DNA of 64,000 bases, taken from Monocercomonoides exilis PA203 (taxonomy: Eukaryota; Protista; Preaxostyla). The notes below the pieces were generated by a model that saw only the letters and a program-made list of their open reading frames with translations, had not been told where the DNA came from and searched no databases. The translations under genes and the position numbers were made by a program. Location: positions 248,001-312,000 of the forward strand of contig LSRY02000053.1 in assembly GCA_001643675.2 (NCBI GenBank), written 5' to 3'. Shown here one piece after another: positions 23,060 to 37,141 of this stretch. Every line of letters starts with the position of its first letter. Position 1 is the stretch's first letter.

Positions 23060-24621
23060 AAATTAAAAAAAATATATTTGGGTGATCTTTTTTGATATCA
23101 TAAAAAAGATCAAATTATGAAAATGGAATAAAATTATGGTATTTTTGAAAAATTGATTCTAGCACTAAATTGTGATTTATAATGATACTATTTGTCATTT
23201 AATTTTATTTCTTCTTGGTTTCATCCTTTTTATTTTTTGAATCAAAGATTTGGTGAATAAGTGCATTTTATTTGAAAATTAACAGTTTATTCAAAAAAAT
23301 TATAATATAAATGAAATTTTAAATCGATAACCTGGCAACCATGAGCATATTCAAAAATTTCAAACATTCAGAAAATTGATTTATAAATAAGAATCTTTTT
23401 TGTAATGGATTCTATGATCATCAGATTCGAAAGAACTGGAATTATCCATTCACAGAATGAAAATACCGTGAGTGAACATTGCCTGTAGAACTAAGAATAT
23501 TATTTCCTGTGTGACAACAAGAAACGAGGCAATGCAATATTATTGGAATTCTGCCTGATGATTTTTGTTAATTGGATAGCCAAGGGGAATGCAACAATTT
23601 CATCAATAACACAAAAAGACATAATGTATGTGAATTTTATAGTTCTATAAGTTGTGAAGATATTTCCGTCTGTATCCTCTCCAGAGTCCAGAAATCCGAA
23701 TTATTGTTGAAATGGCCAATCTCCGCTTTGTGGAGCAACACGATGAGAACAGAACCGAATATTTTATAGACATTGGGAATCAAATGAAGTTACGGAAGAT
23801 ACATGATTTTTATTTGGAACAAGAGATGAAATCAAATTCAACTGATGTTTTGTTGAATGAAGATTTCTGGATGGAATTCTGTGAAGAACAAAATCTGCAC
23901 AATATTGTATAGAATTTGGAATATAATTCAGTGAAGCAGTTTGTGGTATTTTTGGAATTGGAAATCAAATGGCCATATGGAAAGCTGGACATTTATTGTG
24001 AAAAAAGGCAAGAATTCAATGGAAAAAAGGAGAACCCCAAAATATCAGTTATATTTGTAAGGTTTTCCTGTTTTTCGGACTGCACCAGGCAGACATGGAA
24101 AGCGACGAAATTCTATTTCTGATTCCACTTTTGCTTCAAAAGAGTGGAGAAACTCCAACTACGAGACATCCAATAATCGAGTATTTGCTTGCAGTCGAAA
24201 AACATTCAGGCCAACCACATCTGAATATCATTCTTCGAAAGGACAGCTATTTTTAACAAGCAATGTGATTATCATTCGAAGTTTGTTTTCTTCGATGCCA
24301 CAGCCGATGAAAGAGAATTTGATGGTTTTTGTTTTCATCGTTTGTTTTTCAACAAAGTTGTTGTTTCGCTCAGTTTCTATGTTTGTGCTGAGTCATTGAA
24401 TTTTGTGCCTTGAGCATCGGAGAATGCATTGAGGCTGCATTGTCATCTGCATCATGAGCATCGATAAGCGAATGCCAACTTTTTCTATCATTCCTCCTCA
24501 ACGTCGTTGAAGAACAGTCAATTTATTGTGATAACATTCATTTCTTTTTTCTTCGTTATCTCCTTCCACATGCAGGTCTTCTTCAAATCACATCACAACG
24601 CTATATTTTGTATTATCGATA

Positions 24622-25306
24622 TTGTCAAAGCAGAGTTCTTCTTATTCAGTGTGCACATCAGAGAAAATGAGTGAAATGTGTGGAAACGAAGAAGAATTGC
24701 CAGACAAGAACGGAACAATCAAGACAATACGCCCACACAAATCCCACCGATCACAGCCTTGTTCGCCGCTCACACCGAACTCCCCGCCTTTCACTGCGTT
24801 CGACCCGTCGGTGTCTGACCAGTGGCTGTATGTGGATGGCACCCTCAGACAAAGCGAGTCAGCAGCGTCCCCCACGCCATCAGTGATATCTGAGAAAAAC
24901 TCACTCGTTTCGTTGAGTCTGAGCATCTTCGGCTGGGAGGGCGATGCACACCCACATCCTGTTTCTGATGCGTCTGCCTCATCAGATGCACACGATCAGT
25001 CAGCAGCAGCGGCTTCATCTGCAGTACAGAGGAAGGCACAGCCAAGTGGGAAGCGGAACAAGCCAGCCACTCTGCGCATTTCAGTACCGCCGCTGAGGCT
25101 TTCGCAGGCGTCTGTGACGTCTCCGTTCTCAGAGACGAGCGGAAGTGCACACGCTTCGCCTTCTGCTTCATCGGCCAGTCTGCAGCAGCAGCATTCGCAG
25201 AGTCAGAACACCAACACCTCGTCAGCCAACCGGCTTCCACTTAGCAGGTGTCAGCATGCGCCATCGATGCTCAACCAGAGAGAAGGGGATGCTACTGAAA
25301 TGGCTC

Positions 25307-25337
<31 letters not shown>

Positions 25338-25533
25338 GATGTTACAGCAACAACATCAACAGCATCAGCAACAGATGATGATTTTGAATGAGCTGCACAT
25401 GAAGACACAAATAGCGACCATCAAAACGGAATCACACAGACAGTTGTGTTCAGCTGAGTGGTGTTTTCGATCAGCGGGGTGTTCAAAACGAGTCTGCAGA
25501 GCTTCATCGAAGAGCAGGCTGAGCGAGGGATAG
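24622..25533 (+). CDS. Ser/Pro/Gln-rich low-complexity ORF (probable gene fragment inside the element)
   Basis: 303-aa ORF, GC-richer than its flanks, with a (CAA)n poly-Q tract; no recognisable domain. Confidence 0.35.
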
Positions 25534-26866
25534 AAAGCGAGAGATGATGAACCCTCTTCTGGTCACATCAATTACACTTTTGTCACTCACATCTATTAAT
25601 AGCGAATCTGCTTCCGCCTCTTCGTCTTCGTCTTCGTCTTCGTCTTCGTCTTCGTCTTCGTCTTTATTTCTGTGCTATTTTTGATTGTTGTAGTGTCGCA
25701 GGAACTGTAGAGAGCATTTCTGAGTTCAGAAAATGAGCGGGATGAGACATCATTATGTTTTCAGCCTCTGTCACTGAGGTCTCCTCTGCTTGAATATCAT
25801 TTTTTATTAGAGAATGAAGCATTTTGCTCGATGAATCTATTGGTGTTTGCGTGCAGTGGATGCTGTTCATCAAAAGAGAGTTTGAATTTGTTTTGGAGGA
25901 GACGAGGCAGACGAGGCAGACGAGGAAGACGAGGAAGAAGAGGAAGACGAGACATAGGAAGGAGTAGAAAAGCATAAATGGAGACAATTTTGAAGAGAGA
26001 TTTGGGAGAGTGAAGCAGAAACATGAACAAGAGAAGATTTTTGGTGAAACTGCGGAAATAGTTAGGATAATTACATTATCTGTTGTATTTTCGGAGGCTT
26101 CTGAAAGATTTGAGAGGAAAACGGGAGAGGGAGAAGGAGGGCATGCTGCAGAAGAGGAAGGGATGGATTGAATAAGGTGAAAAGAGAAGAGAGGGTTGCG
26201 AGATTGAAATTGGGGAAATGAGGGAATAACGGAAGATGTCGAAGAAGAATCTCGATTTGATAAGTTGAAAAAGATGCTGCAAAATTTATGCATATTTTGA
26301 ATGTGTGCAATATCATCCTTTCTTTCTTTCATCTTTTCTTTCTTTCTTCATTTTTTTAATTTTTTGAAATCTCATCAATTTATTTTTTCTAATAGCAATA
26401 TATTTTCTTATTTTCATTAAATTTTTCAGGTATCATGATTATCGCTGGGATACTCAATGCGAATGCAAGTGCATGCATAGCAGAAAGATTGCAGAAGGAG
26501 ACGAATGAAGGGTATATGGATGAATGAACAAGAGGAAATAAACGAAATTGATCGAAGAGGATGGATTTGAAGATCTTTGTAGCGATTTGAAAAGAAGGCG
26601 ATGTGATAAAAGAAAAATCAGAAAATTGTAGAAATGGTTGAAGAAGATATTTGACAAGAATTTGAGGAGAAAAAGAGGAAGAGGCGAAAGGTGAAGCGGA
26701 AGATTTCAAAAAGAAAATGGTACAGAGTTTTTCATATTTCATATTATATTTTTTAGATTTTTTATACACATATATTTTATTTATTTATTTATTTATTTAT
26801 TTTTTTTTGTATTTTTGAATTTTTTCTTCATTTTTCTTTCTTTATTTATTCGTAATAGGGGCTTTT

Positions 26867-28770
26867 GTGCGAACATTCAAAATCGATGAAAGAAAAAGGA
26901 TTTTTGAAAACAAGCAGAAGATTGCAACAGAAGAAAAAGGGATATGGGGAAAGCAGACGATGAAGAAGGGGCAGAAGAGATGGGAAAAGGTATGCGACCA
27001 TGTTGAGGCATTTGGCAACACGGCTCCAAGAGCAAGGAGAAGAGAAGGAGGCAAAGAAGGAAGTGTTTCGAAGTGCGAATATCTTATCTCATCTCCAACC
27101 GCATTTCTTTCATCTCCCTCTTTTCCTCTTGTTTCACTCTCCAACCACTTTTTTCAATATCTCAACAACATCTACAGATTGCTCATTCCCAGCCACTTCC
27201 TTATGCCAAACCACATGCTTGATGAATAGCTGCTCATTCCCATCAGTCTGTGATGCATATGATGGCTGGATTGTTCATTCCCTCAACAACCCCTTGGTCT
27301 CTTTGACTGCCTCTAATGCCTCATTTGTCAGATGTTGCAGGACAAGGAATGTTGTATGTGAGGGAAATGCAGATAGAAAGTTGACTCCAGGGAGACAAAA
27401 TACAACGTATAATGGAGCAAATTCATTCATTTGGTGTGAATGGAACGGATCGAAGACGACTGGAGAAAGTGATTCTGTTTCAGACGGGATATCGAGTGGA
27501 GGGGCCATCTGCATGTACAGCCAGTCGTTGGCATCAGTATCTGTTTCTCATTGCGTGTTTAATGGATGCATTGCATACAGCCGGGGTGGGGGAATAATGT
27601 GCTATAATATAAAATCTGTTGAGGTTGTGAACAATTCTTTCAATTCATGCACCGCGCAAAACCAATATGGAGGAGGAATGTATGTTCATACCATTTTGAC
27701 GTGTGTTCGGATCAGCGGATGTGATTTCCAGGATTGCAAAGCAAGTTATTATGGAGGAGGACTTCTTCTTGAAAATTTTCAGGTTTCAGGAGCTGATTGC
27801 ATTCCAACAGAAAGTGGAGGAGGGGAGAGTGCGTGTGTGTTTGACTGCAGTTTCACATCATGTTCACTTACAAGCACAGGCGGCGGAGGCATGTTTTGTA
27901 AAACTGTTCCTGCTACACAATTCAAAATGAGGAGCATTCAGTTTCTTTCATGCACCGCATCAACAAAAGGAGGCGGATTGTTCTTTTCTCCATGGAAAGA
28001 AGTATTGCCAAGTGACAAACTGTATTGCTTTTTCCTTTTCTTTCACAACTGCAGTTGTTCCAGTAATCCTTCGTTTGGAGATGACCTGTACTATGAAGAT
28101 TATTACAGCCTCTATTTGAACTCAGATTGTCCGTTCAAAGAAAGCTACACAACAAATACAGATGAGAAGAGAAAGTGTTATGCATATGATTATACTGGGA
28201 GCAGCTGGTCATATCAGCACACAGAAAAGAAGGAGTGGCTGAAGGGTTGGACAAAGGTTCTGTTTGTGGGGGTAAATGGAAGCGACTCGAGTGGGCTGTG
28301 TGGAATGGGCGAGTCGGCTCCATGCCAGACGGTGGGACACGCAGTGGAGACGGGCTTGGAAGAGCTGAGCTCATCAGTCACGCTGATGGAAGGGAATCAC
28401 ACGAGCGAGGCAACAACGATTGAGATTGGGACAAAGGAGATTTCAATCATTGGGAAAGGAAGGGAAACATGTTCGATTGGAACAGGGACACTTTCATCGG
28501 TAGGAACGCTGTTCAGCGTGACGACAGGCCATCTTGGAATGAGTCACTTGAAGGTTGATTGTAACTCATAAGTAGAAACTTCACCGAGCGTGGTTGCGGT
28601 GTCAGATGGGAGTGGGTCACTCTCGTTGGAGAATGTTGTAATCACCACGAACAAAACAGGAGACTTGTGATATCATCGTCAGTGTTTGTGGTTGCGTTGT
28701 CACAGCTGTCGATGGTTGGTGTGAAGATCATAAATATGAATGTGTCAGAACCATTGTTCTTTGAGCCGGT
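26867..28770 (+). pseudogene. Truncated, frameshifted paralog of the receptor-pseudokinase ectodomain (as in 13798-20745)
   Basis: Clear similarity to 13798-20745 (DAYDGWIVHSLN, FIWCEWNGS, DGISSGGAI, YQHTEKKEWLK, ESAPCQTVGHAV). There is a frameshift near 27150 and an in-frame TAA at 28569, after which similarity continues (SPSVVAVSDGSGSLSLE...SEPLFFEP) and then stops; no TM-kinase part. Confidence 0.85.
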
Positions 28771-30583
28771 TCTATTGATCTTCATCTTTTTCATTGTCCT
28801 CATCGTTTTCCTCTTTTTCATACTCCCAAAATCCAAAGATCCATTCCAAATCATCAGCAGAAAGAAAGCAGAGTTTGAAGCAACAGTGGACGTTGCTTCG
28901 GCAGACATCCAGTCTCTTCGTCATTCATGCCTTTTCAACTAATAAAACAGAACATCTGATTTTCTATTAAGAGCAAGAGTGGAAAAGAGTGGATCTTTTG
29001 GAGGATAAGAGAGAAGAGGAGAAGGTTTCATAAGAAGAAGAAGAGGAAGAGGAAGAGGAATGGAAAAAGGAGGCCAAAGCTGACAAGAAAGAAATCGAGC
29101 CTGCATTGGATTATGAATTATTTGTGTCTGCAGGAATAGCGTTGATCAAACAGAAGATGAAGTTAAGTGAAGCAGAATATGAGCAGGCGAATGAACGCAT
29201 CGAAAAGACAGTCACCGTTAAAGATGGCATTGAACGAAGGAGAAAAGAGGAAGAGGAAGAGGAAGAGGAAAAAAGCGAAAATTAGAAGTCAAGGAAGAAG
29301 GATATGATAATAACGATGAATCATATCCATCGTTGTTGCATTTTGAATGCAACAAAAGAGGTAACATTTTCTGAGTATCTGAAGAAGCTTCCTTTTCTCA
29401 ATTAAGTGAAAGCAAAAACAAAAGATAAGAAACATACGATCTTCTTCTCTTCGTCTCCAACACCAATTGAAATGAGGGGAACATTAGCAAAAGTATCAAA
29501 ATAAAAACAATCATTTCTTTCTTCATCATCAAAAAAGATCGAAGATGGAAAAAGGAACGGAAGTGACAATGATGAAGTGGGTGAAGAAACATTTGTGAAT
29601 TGTCCAGTAAGAGGATGCACGTCTCAGGAGATAGTTTTTCTGTTTGCACAAGTTGTGGACGCTTTTTGTGCTGAAAGAAGCCCTGGGAATTCTATAAAAC
29701 AACGATAATCCTGAAGACAGCTGCAGGCTGTGCTCTTCATGTGGAAAAAATGGATGCTGCACCCAAAATCACTTTATCAGTTAGACCTTATGCTTGCAAT
29801 CTTCATATCCCTGATTTCACACGACCACTTACATAGCCGTTTGCAGATCTAGTAATGCGTAATAGTCAGATAGTCCAAGAACAAACCTTCAAATAACTTC
29901 CAGTATATTTCAAAAAGAAAATGGAGAAAAATACTTTTGCATTGAGATTTCTTTCTGCAGACGCTATTTGCGTTTATATTTCAAGAGAGGTGAACAAATA
30001 CTTCGTGAGTATTTGGCTCGTTTTCCTTATCCTGGTTCCGTTCGAAACAGATATTAGAAAATTCCTCTTTTCAATAATCGCGTTCTTCCTCCTTCAAGCA
30101 GTGCATATGCCTTTTTTTTGAAATATCACAGTTTCATGTATTTCACTCAAAAATTTCTCATCCTCCTATTCTCCTTTTTTTCATCAGCCTTTTTTGGATA
30201 GAGTGTTTTCAAAAAGTGATTCAAGAGAATGAACTTTTTTATCCACTGTTCCCGTGAAGTGTTGTGTGAAATCATCCTTTCATATCAAAAACAACTACAA
30301 TTACTTCTCCAGCTACTGATTTCATTAATCCTTCTGAAAGAACAAATATTCATTTACGTTCATTGTTATTGAATAACAATGATTCCATGTTGATCAATAA
30401 TTGTCTAAATCAGAAAAATGCATTTCAATTGTACTGCTTCCTCAGTTGGATGCGAAAATAAAATTTTATAAAATTTTCAAAGCAGAATTTGTTTTAATTA
30501 ATTTAAAGAGGATATTTATTCATTATTTTTTTGCTTTTCTTATAAGAAAAAAATCTTTCACCCATAAGAAGGTTGCAATTATT

Positions 30584-33500
30584 ATGAATTTTTCAACATC
30601 AAATCTTCAACGATCAACTCTTCATTCAAGAGCAGATGTTTTGTGGGCAGAGGTTGAGCGCATTGGGGGAAAGGACAAGGTGGAACTGTTGCTTTATATC
30701 CTCACAAGCTACCGGCGCGCAGCATCCTTTGCGGAAGAAGTAAAAAAGAGGTTAAATGGTGTGGTTCTTTATTTTTTGATTTTTGAGTTATGTGAAAATT
30801 CATTTATATGTACTTTAATAATGATTTGAAAAATGTATATATGATGCAAAAATGAAAATAGGAGAGTATCATGAACTTCTTGAAGAGCTAGCAACAGCCT
30901 ACAATAACGCACCAGTTCACACTCAAACGACAATGTTACAAGCCTTATCAAAACATCACAATTGCGATCGTTTACTTTTCTTTGGGTTTGACGTGACCCA
31001 AGGAAAAATAAATCATGCAAAGCAAACGAGAAAAAAAAACCAAGATGAAATAAAAATCCCCATTCCTCCAAAAATTCCTTCACGTAGAAAAGGTATTTGG
31101 TTTTTACACATTTCTTTTCAATGATCGTGTTTGATTTTTATTTTCTAAAGGCTTGAGTTATTCAGACTGGTGCGTGGGGAATGAATGGATGAAAAATCAT
31201 TCATCAGAAATTTCGTCATCAATTACGAAAAAGAAAAAGCAAAAATATGAAAAATATGAAGAGAGCTTGGACGAAGAAATTTGGAATAAAGAAATTAAGA
31301 TAAAGCCGGAACCCAATTTGAAACCAAAATTGCATATTAACATTACGAAATCGGAAATAGATCATCATGTCACTCACATTAAAGATAATAAACTACATCA
31401 ACATGTTAACTCAAATACTGATCAGTCAAAAAATGTCAACAGAAAAACCTTAACATCCAGCAATTTGTCTGTCAAGAACCTCAATATTGATGATGGAAAT
31501 CTTCTTCTTGCTCCTCCTTCGCCCACACTTGTGAAGCCTCATGAACTTCGATATTTTGAAGAAAAGAATTCAGAATTTCAAAATGCTAAAACATTAAAAA
31601 TCAAAAAATTAGATCATTCAATAAGCACGAATTCTTCAAGTTCAATATTAATGCTTCATCACGATGTTCAAAAAGAAAGATATTTCAATCCTGCATCAAC
31701 GTCTCCATTCGTTTCACCAATTCTTCTTCAAAAGGTCACGAAAAACACTGAATCATTACAAGAAAATAAAACCTGTTCTCGGAGTGAAACGTGTTTTAAT
31801 TTAACGAACTCAAATATCAGCATAGAAGACAAAGAAACAAAAGAAAGGAACGAAAACGATGAAATAAAAACCGATAAATCAATTGCAATCAATGAGCAAG
31901 CAATTGCTAAAAGTGATTGTTACTTAACTAAAAGGTTGGGGCTTAGAAATTTAGGGAATACTTGTTATCTTTCATCTATTCTTCAATGTTTATCAACTGT
32001 AATGCATACCGGTATTAAAAAGGAATATGAAAACGAGAGAAATGGAATTTCTGAGGAGTTGATAAACGTTTGCAATGAGCTCATCTGCAATCACTCACCT
32101 ATTTCATCTTGGACATCAGAATTAATTGATAAGTGGGACATTTCGTTTTCGCGAGGCAAAAGACAGCAGCAAAATGTTTGTGAAGCATTTAATCATTTAA
32201 TGGAAATGCTTTTGAAAGACAATTTGGTTGACAAACAATGGACGAGCGTAGATGGGTCAGTTCACAAGAAATGTTTGAAATGCGGCACTTTGTCGTCAAG
32301 CAATTTAGGTTTTTCTAATTATGTTATTATCAACGATGCTTCAATTTACACAGGATTCATCAAATTTTTTTCAAAAGAAAAAATGAGGCACCCAAATAGA
32401 GTGTTCTGTGAAACATGTCAGGAAAAGTGTGAATTTCAAAAATGGAATGTCATATCAAAATTTCCGAAACTATTAGGGATATCTCACGAATACAATCATT
32501 CTCCTAACGTCATTCCTCCAATGATGATAATTTTTGATTCAGATGAAAATAACTGTCAAACAATTCACAAGTCATGTACCGAACATTTTCCAAGAATCAA
32601 TCCTTCAGCAAAATCAATGCAAAATGCATGTTATAAGTTTATGGGACAAATTCTTTTCAAAAGAATTGACCAAAACCATGGCCACTACATATCATTTGTT
32701 CTTTCAAAGGATGGATCAAAAGATTACTGGACCATCTGTAATGATGCATGCACTCGAACTTTGAGAAAGGAAGAATATGATTCAAGTTGGAAATTATTGT
32801 TCAAACAAGGATACAGACCATCATTTTCATTTTATTTGATTGAAGAATCTTCCACTTTCTTAAAAAATTTATCCAAAGGAGGAAATGATGAAATATCTCC
32901 AATTCCGTTAACACAATCAATTGATTCTACATCTCAACTATTCGTAACTCAACAAACAATTTCTTCCAATTATCCAAATAATAAACCAAAAAACAGTAAC
33001 TCTTCAAACATTTCGTATTCATCATCATTATCAATTCAATCTTCATTTCAACCTATTAGAAATCTCCATCTCTCAACAACTGATAAAGACGGGAAATCGA
33101 CAAATTCATTATTCTTTGATCATAATCCAAATCCTTTCAATTCATCTGTTTCTTTTTTATCAAATACAGGAAAATATTCATTATCCTCACATGCATCATT
33201 TTCACCTCCTGCAAATTTCACTTCAACTTTGTCAACTTCACCTTCTCAAAAGCTTAATTCCAACAACAATCAGATTTTCACCTCTATTCATTCAGTTGGA
33301 AATTCATTGGAATTCAAGTCAATTTTGAAAGACAAAACAAAAAGGGATTCAAAAACAACAAATGAAATCGAAGATGATAACAAAAGTGTTGTTGACCTGT
33401 TTAATAAAGAAATCATTTCACCTTCCACTATTCATTCAATCAGTCCACACATGTCAAACAATGTTCAGACGCAGAATAACACTTCAACAAAAAGAAATAC

Positions 33501-35424
33501 TTCTTCAAAATCACCTCACTTTTATCTTTCACCAAAAGCTCAAAATGCTGAGATCTTTCCATTTCACCATTCGTTGCCATCATTTGAAAGCTCATCGAAT
33601 ATCCTTTTTCACTCAAATATTTCAGACAACATAAATTCACATCACACAACTCATTCGTTTTGTTCGAGGAAACCGTTATGTTCTTCCCTTGCATCATTTT
33701 CAAATGAAAACAATAATTCTTCAAAACCAGAACTTAACAAATCAATTCACTTAACGCATCATAATAATGATAAAGCAATAAACTCTTTGTCATCTTCATT
33801 TAATAATCAGAAATCCTCAACTCTTGACTTCTCTTCCTCTCTTAATTCTACACCAAATTCTTCATCAAAACTCTTTAATATCTCATCTGTTTCAAAAGGA
33901 GCTCAATTATCATCAATCAATAGTAACTCCTTGTCATCTGCTTCTTTAAATTCATCTTCGACTTTTCTTCAACAGAGTTTGTTTTCCAAATCAACGCATA
34001 TCCCTCTTATTTTTTCTCCTTTTGAAAAACGGCTGATTTTTCAAACGAAGAAAGAGCTATGGAAACACTTTGTTGAAGAAACAAACATTAAACTGTCTTT
34101 ATCTTATTTTTACAAACTCGCAAAAAACTTCATCAAAGCAAAAAGAAGGACAGATTTATGTGGATATTGTCAGCAATTGGAGAAAATGGAAAAAAGGCTG
34201 ATGTCATCTTCCCACCAAAGAATACCATCGAAAAGTGAAATAAAAACAATAGAAGCCTTGAAAAAGCATCAATTATTCGCACAATGGCAAAGGCAATATT
34301 TCAATGAAAGTGTTCGAAATATTAAAGAAGGAGAAATAGTCTGCGTATTCGATTTTAAGGAAAAATGGAGAATTCCAATTCGTCAAAATCAACTTCAACA
34401 GGAATTTTTTAATCATCAGCAAATTTCTCAATTCTCAGTAATCACCTTCCAACTTATCAACAACATTATATCCAAAAAAACATTCAATTTTTTTTCAACT
34501 TGTCTTTCAAACGATTTCAGATTTGTAATAGAATGTCTGGAGTCTGTTTTTCGAAGGGATTTCTACAAAAATGCCAAGGAAATAAAATTTTTCTGTGATG
34601 CTGGTCCTCATAATCGTAATAGGTATCTTCTACATTTCATTTTATCCACTCATTCTCGTCTATTCAACAAAATAAGGACAGAAATAAACTATTTTGCAGA
34701 ACATCATGGTAAAAATGTCTGCGATGGTGAATTTGGGACCTTAACAAATGTGATAAACAACACTTCGAATTTAAATATTGAAACAATTCAAGATTTGATT
34801 TCATTTTTCTCTCATCATTTCGATTCTACAGCTTCTTCTCAAAATACTTTCTCATTTCATAACACTTTGAAAGGAAACAAATCATCGTCATCGTTCAATC
34901 ATCAAATGTCAACATGCAACGAACGATTCTTCGAAGAATATATTCCAAGTGATGTTTGTGTTTGGCCTTCACTTACAATCAAATGCATGAGGAACTATTT
35001 GTTTTTTGAAAAAAAAGGGAAACATGTTTTCGCATCTGCAGTTAGCTTGACTTCACAAAGGGTTCTGATTGATATTAAAATGGTTGCAAAGAAGGAAAAA
35101 TTATCCGGTGAAAGAAAAACTTTTTCAAATCAAATGAAAACTGCAAATACTGCTTCTTTATCAAAAATTACAGAAAATTTATTTAATAAAAGATGCTCAT
35201 TAATTCGAGATTGTTCTGTTTTAAATTCTTGTTCTTGTGGTTCTAATTTTTCGAGTGTTAAATATACACACGTTGTTCCCAACCCTGATTCTGTTCGTAA
35301 TAAGAACCATTTTTGTAATAGTTTTGATAATTCCTGCCGTTCATGTGCTTTTTCTAATTCTTTAATTTCTGATAATAACTTTTTTGATTCAAATTTTGAG
35401 GATTTTTATTTTGCAAATAAATAA
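30584..35424 (+). CDS. USP (peptidase C19) deubiquitinase-containing Sola-like DDD transposase; exons 30584-30758, 30862-31092, 31151-35424 (about 1559 aa)
   Basis: Two phase-1 GT-AG introns join three ORFs in frame. USP motifs: GLRNLGNTCYLSSILQCL (Cys 31963), QQQNVCEAF, two CxxC, GHYISFV (His 32683), WTICND. Transposase motifs: LSLSYFYK..RRTDLCGYC, VFDFKEKW (D 34351), FCDAGPH (D 34597), YFAEHHGKNVCDGEFG (D 34723). Confidence 0.85.
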
Positions 35425-35598
35425 CGAGGCATAAAGCGTATGCTTAGCCAACTTTTAAAGTGTAGAAGTTGGACAAGACTGCAGACAATAAATGTAGCAA
35501 TTAACTCTTGCAACATTCGGACCTGGATACGGTCTGCAGCCTCCCAGGTACGCCAATATAAATATTCATGAACAACAAATGCACTATATTATTATTCA

Positions 35599-36061
<463 letters not shown>

Positions 36062-36404
36062 TTTTAATCATTTTATATTCATTTTTTTATTCATTTTTTT
36101 TAGTTCCTCATTCATTCAATTGTAATAAATAATAATTTTTCATATTTTATCTTTTTTTCTTTTATCGTCTTTTTTTATGTGTCGTTTTCAATTTTTTTCG
36201 ATCATTTTTTCATTTCGTTTGATGTTTTTATTGTTTTTTTCTATGAACTTTTTTTATTTTGTTTCAATTATTTTTTTTTATATTATTTGTTCATCTGTTA
36301 TCAACATTAGGGTTATTACGAACATTATCACAGTTGAGTTCTTCTGTTTAATTTATTTGTTAAATTTTTATTTGTTTTTTTGAAAATCTCATTATATTTT
36401 ACAA

Positions 36405-36567
36405 TTTTTCTCTCTCTCTTTCTCTCTCTCTGTTTCTTTCTCTTTTCTCTCTCTTTCTTTATCTCTTTCTTCCTTTTCTCTCTCTCTCTTTTTTTCTTTT
36501 TCTCTCTTTCTTTTTTTTCTATCTCTTTCTCTCACTTTCTTTCTTTCTCTCTCTTTTCTCTCTCTTT

Positions 36568-36612
<45 letters not shown>

Positions 36613-36629
36613 TTTTCTTTTTCTTTCTT

Positions 36630-36660
<31 letters not shown>

Positions 36661-37108
36661 CTCTCTCTCTCTCTCTTTTCTCTCTCTCTCTCTTTTTTCT
36701 TTTTCTCTTTTTCTTTTTTTTCTATCTCTTTCTTTCTCTTCTTTCTTTCTCTCTCTCTCTTTTCTCTCTCTTTCTTTTTCTTTCTTTCTCTCTCTCTCTC
36801 TCTTTCTTTCTTTCTCTCTCTCTCTCTCTCTTTTCTCTCTCTCTCTCTTTTTTTTTTCTTTTTCTCTTTTTCTTTTTTTTCTATCTCTTTCTTTCTCTTC
36901 TTTCTTTCTCTTTCTTCCTTTTATTTCTCTCTTTTTTCCATTTTTTACTCTTTCTCTCACTTTCTTTCTTTCTCTCTCTTTTCTCTCTCTTTCTTTTTCT
37001 TTCTTTATTTCTCTCTCTCTCTCTCTCTTTCTTTTTCTTTCTCTCTCTCTCTCTCACTTTCTTTCTCTCTCTTTCTCTCTCTTTTCTCTCTCTTTCTTTT
37101 TCTTTCTT

Positions 37109-37141
<33 letters not shown>

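Noticed and set aside
23712-28600. TAA/TAG reassigned to Gln, which would rescue in-frame stops
   Set aside because: Conserved genes end at TAG or TAA exactly where expected (HSP90 MEQVD-TAG, WDR17, GH31), so the internal stops indicate pseudogenes.
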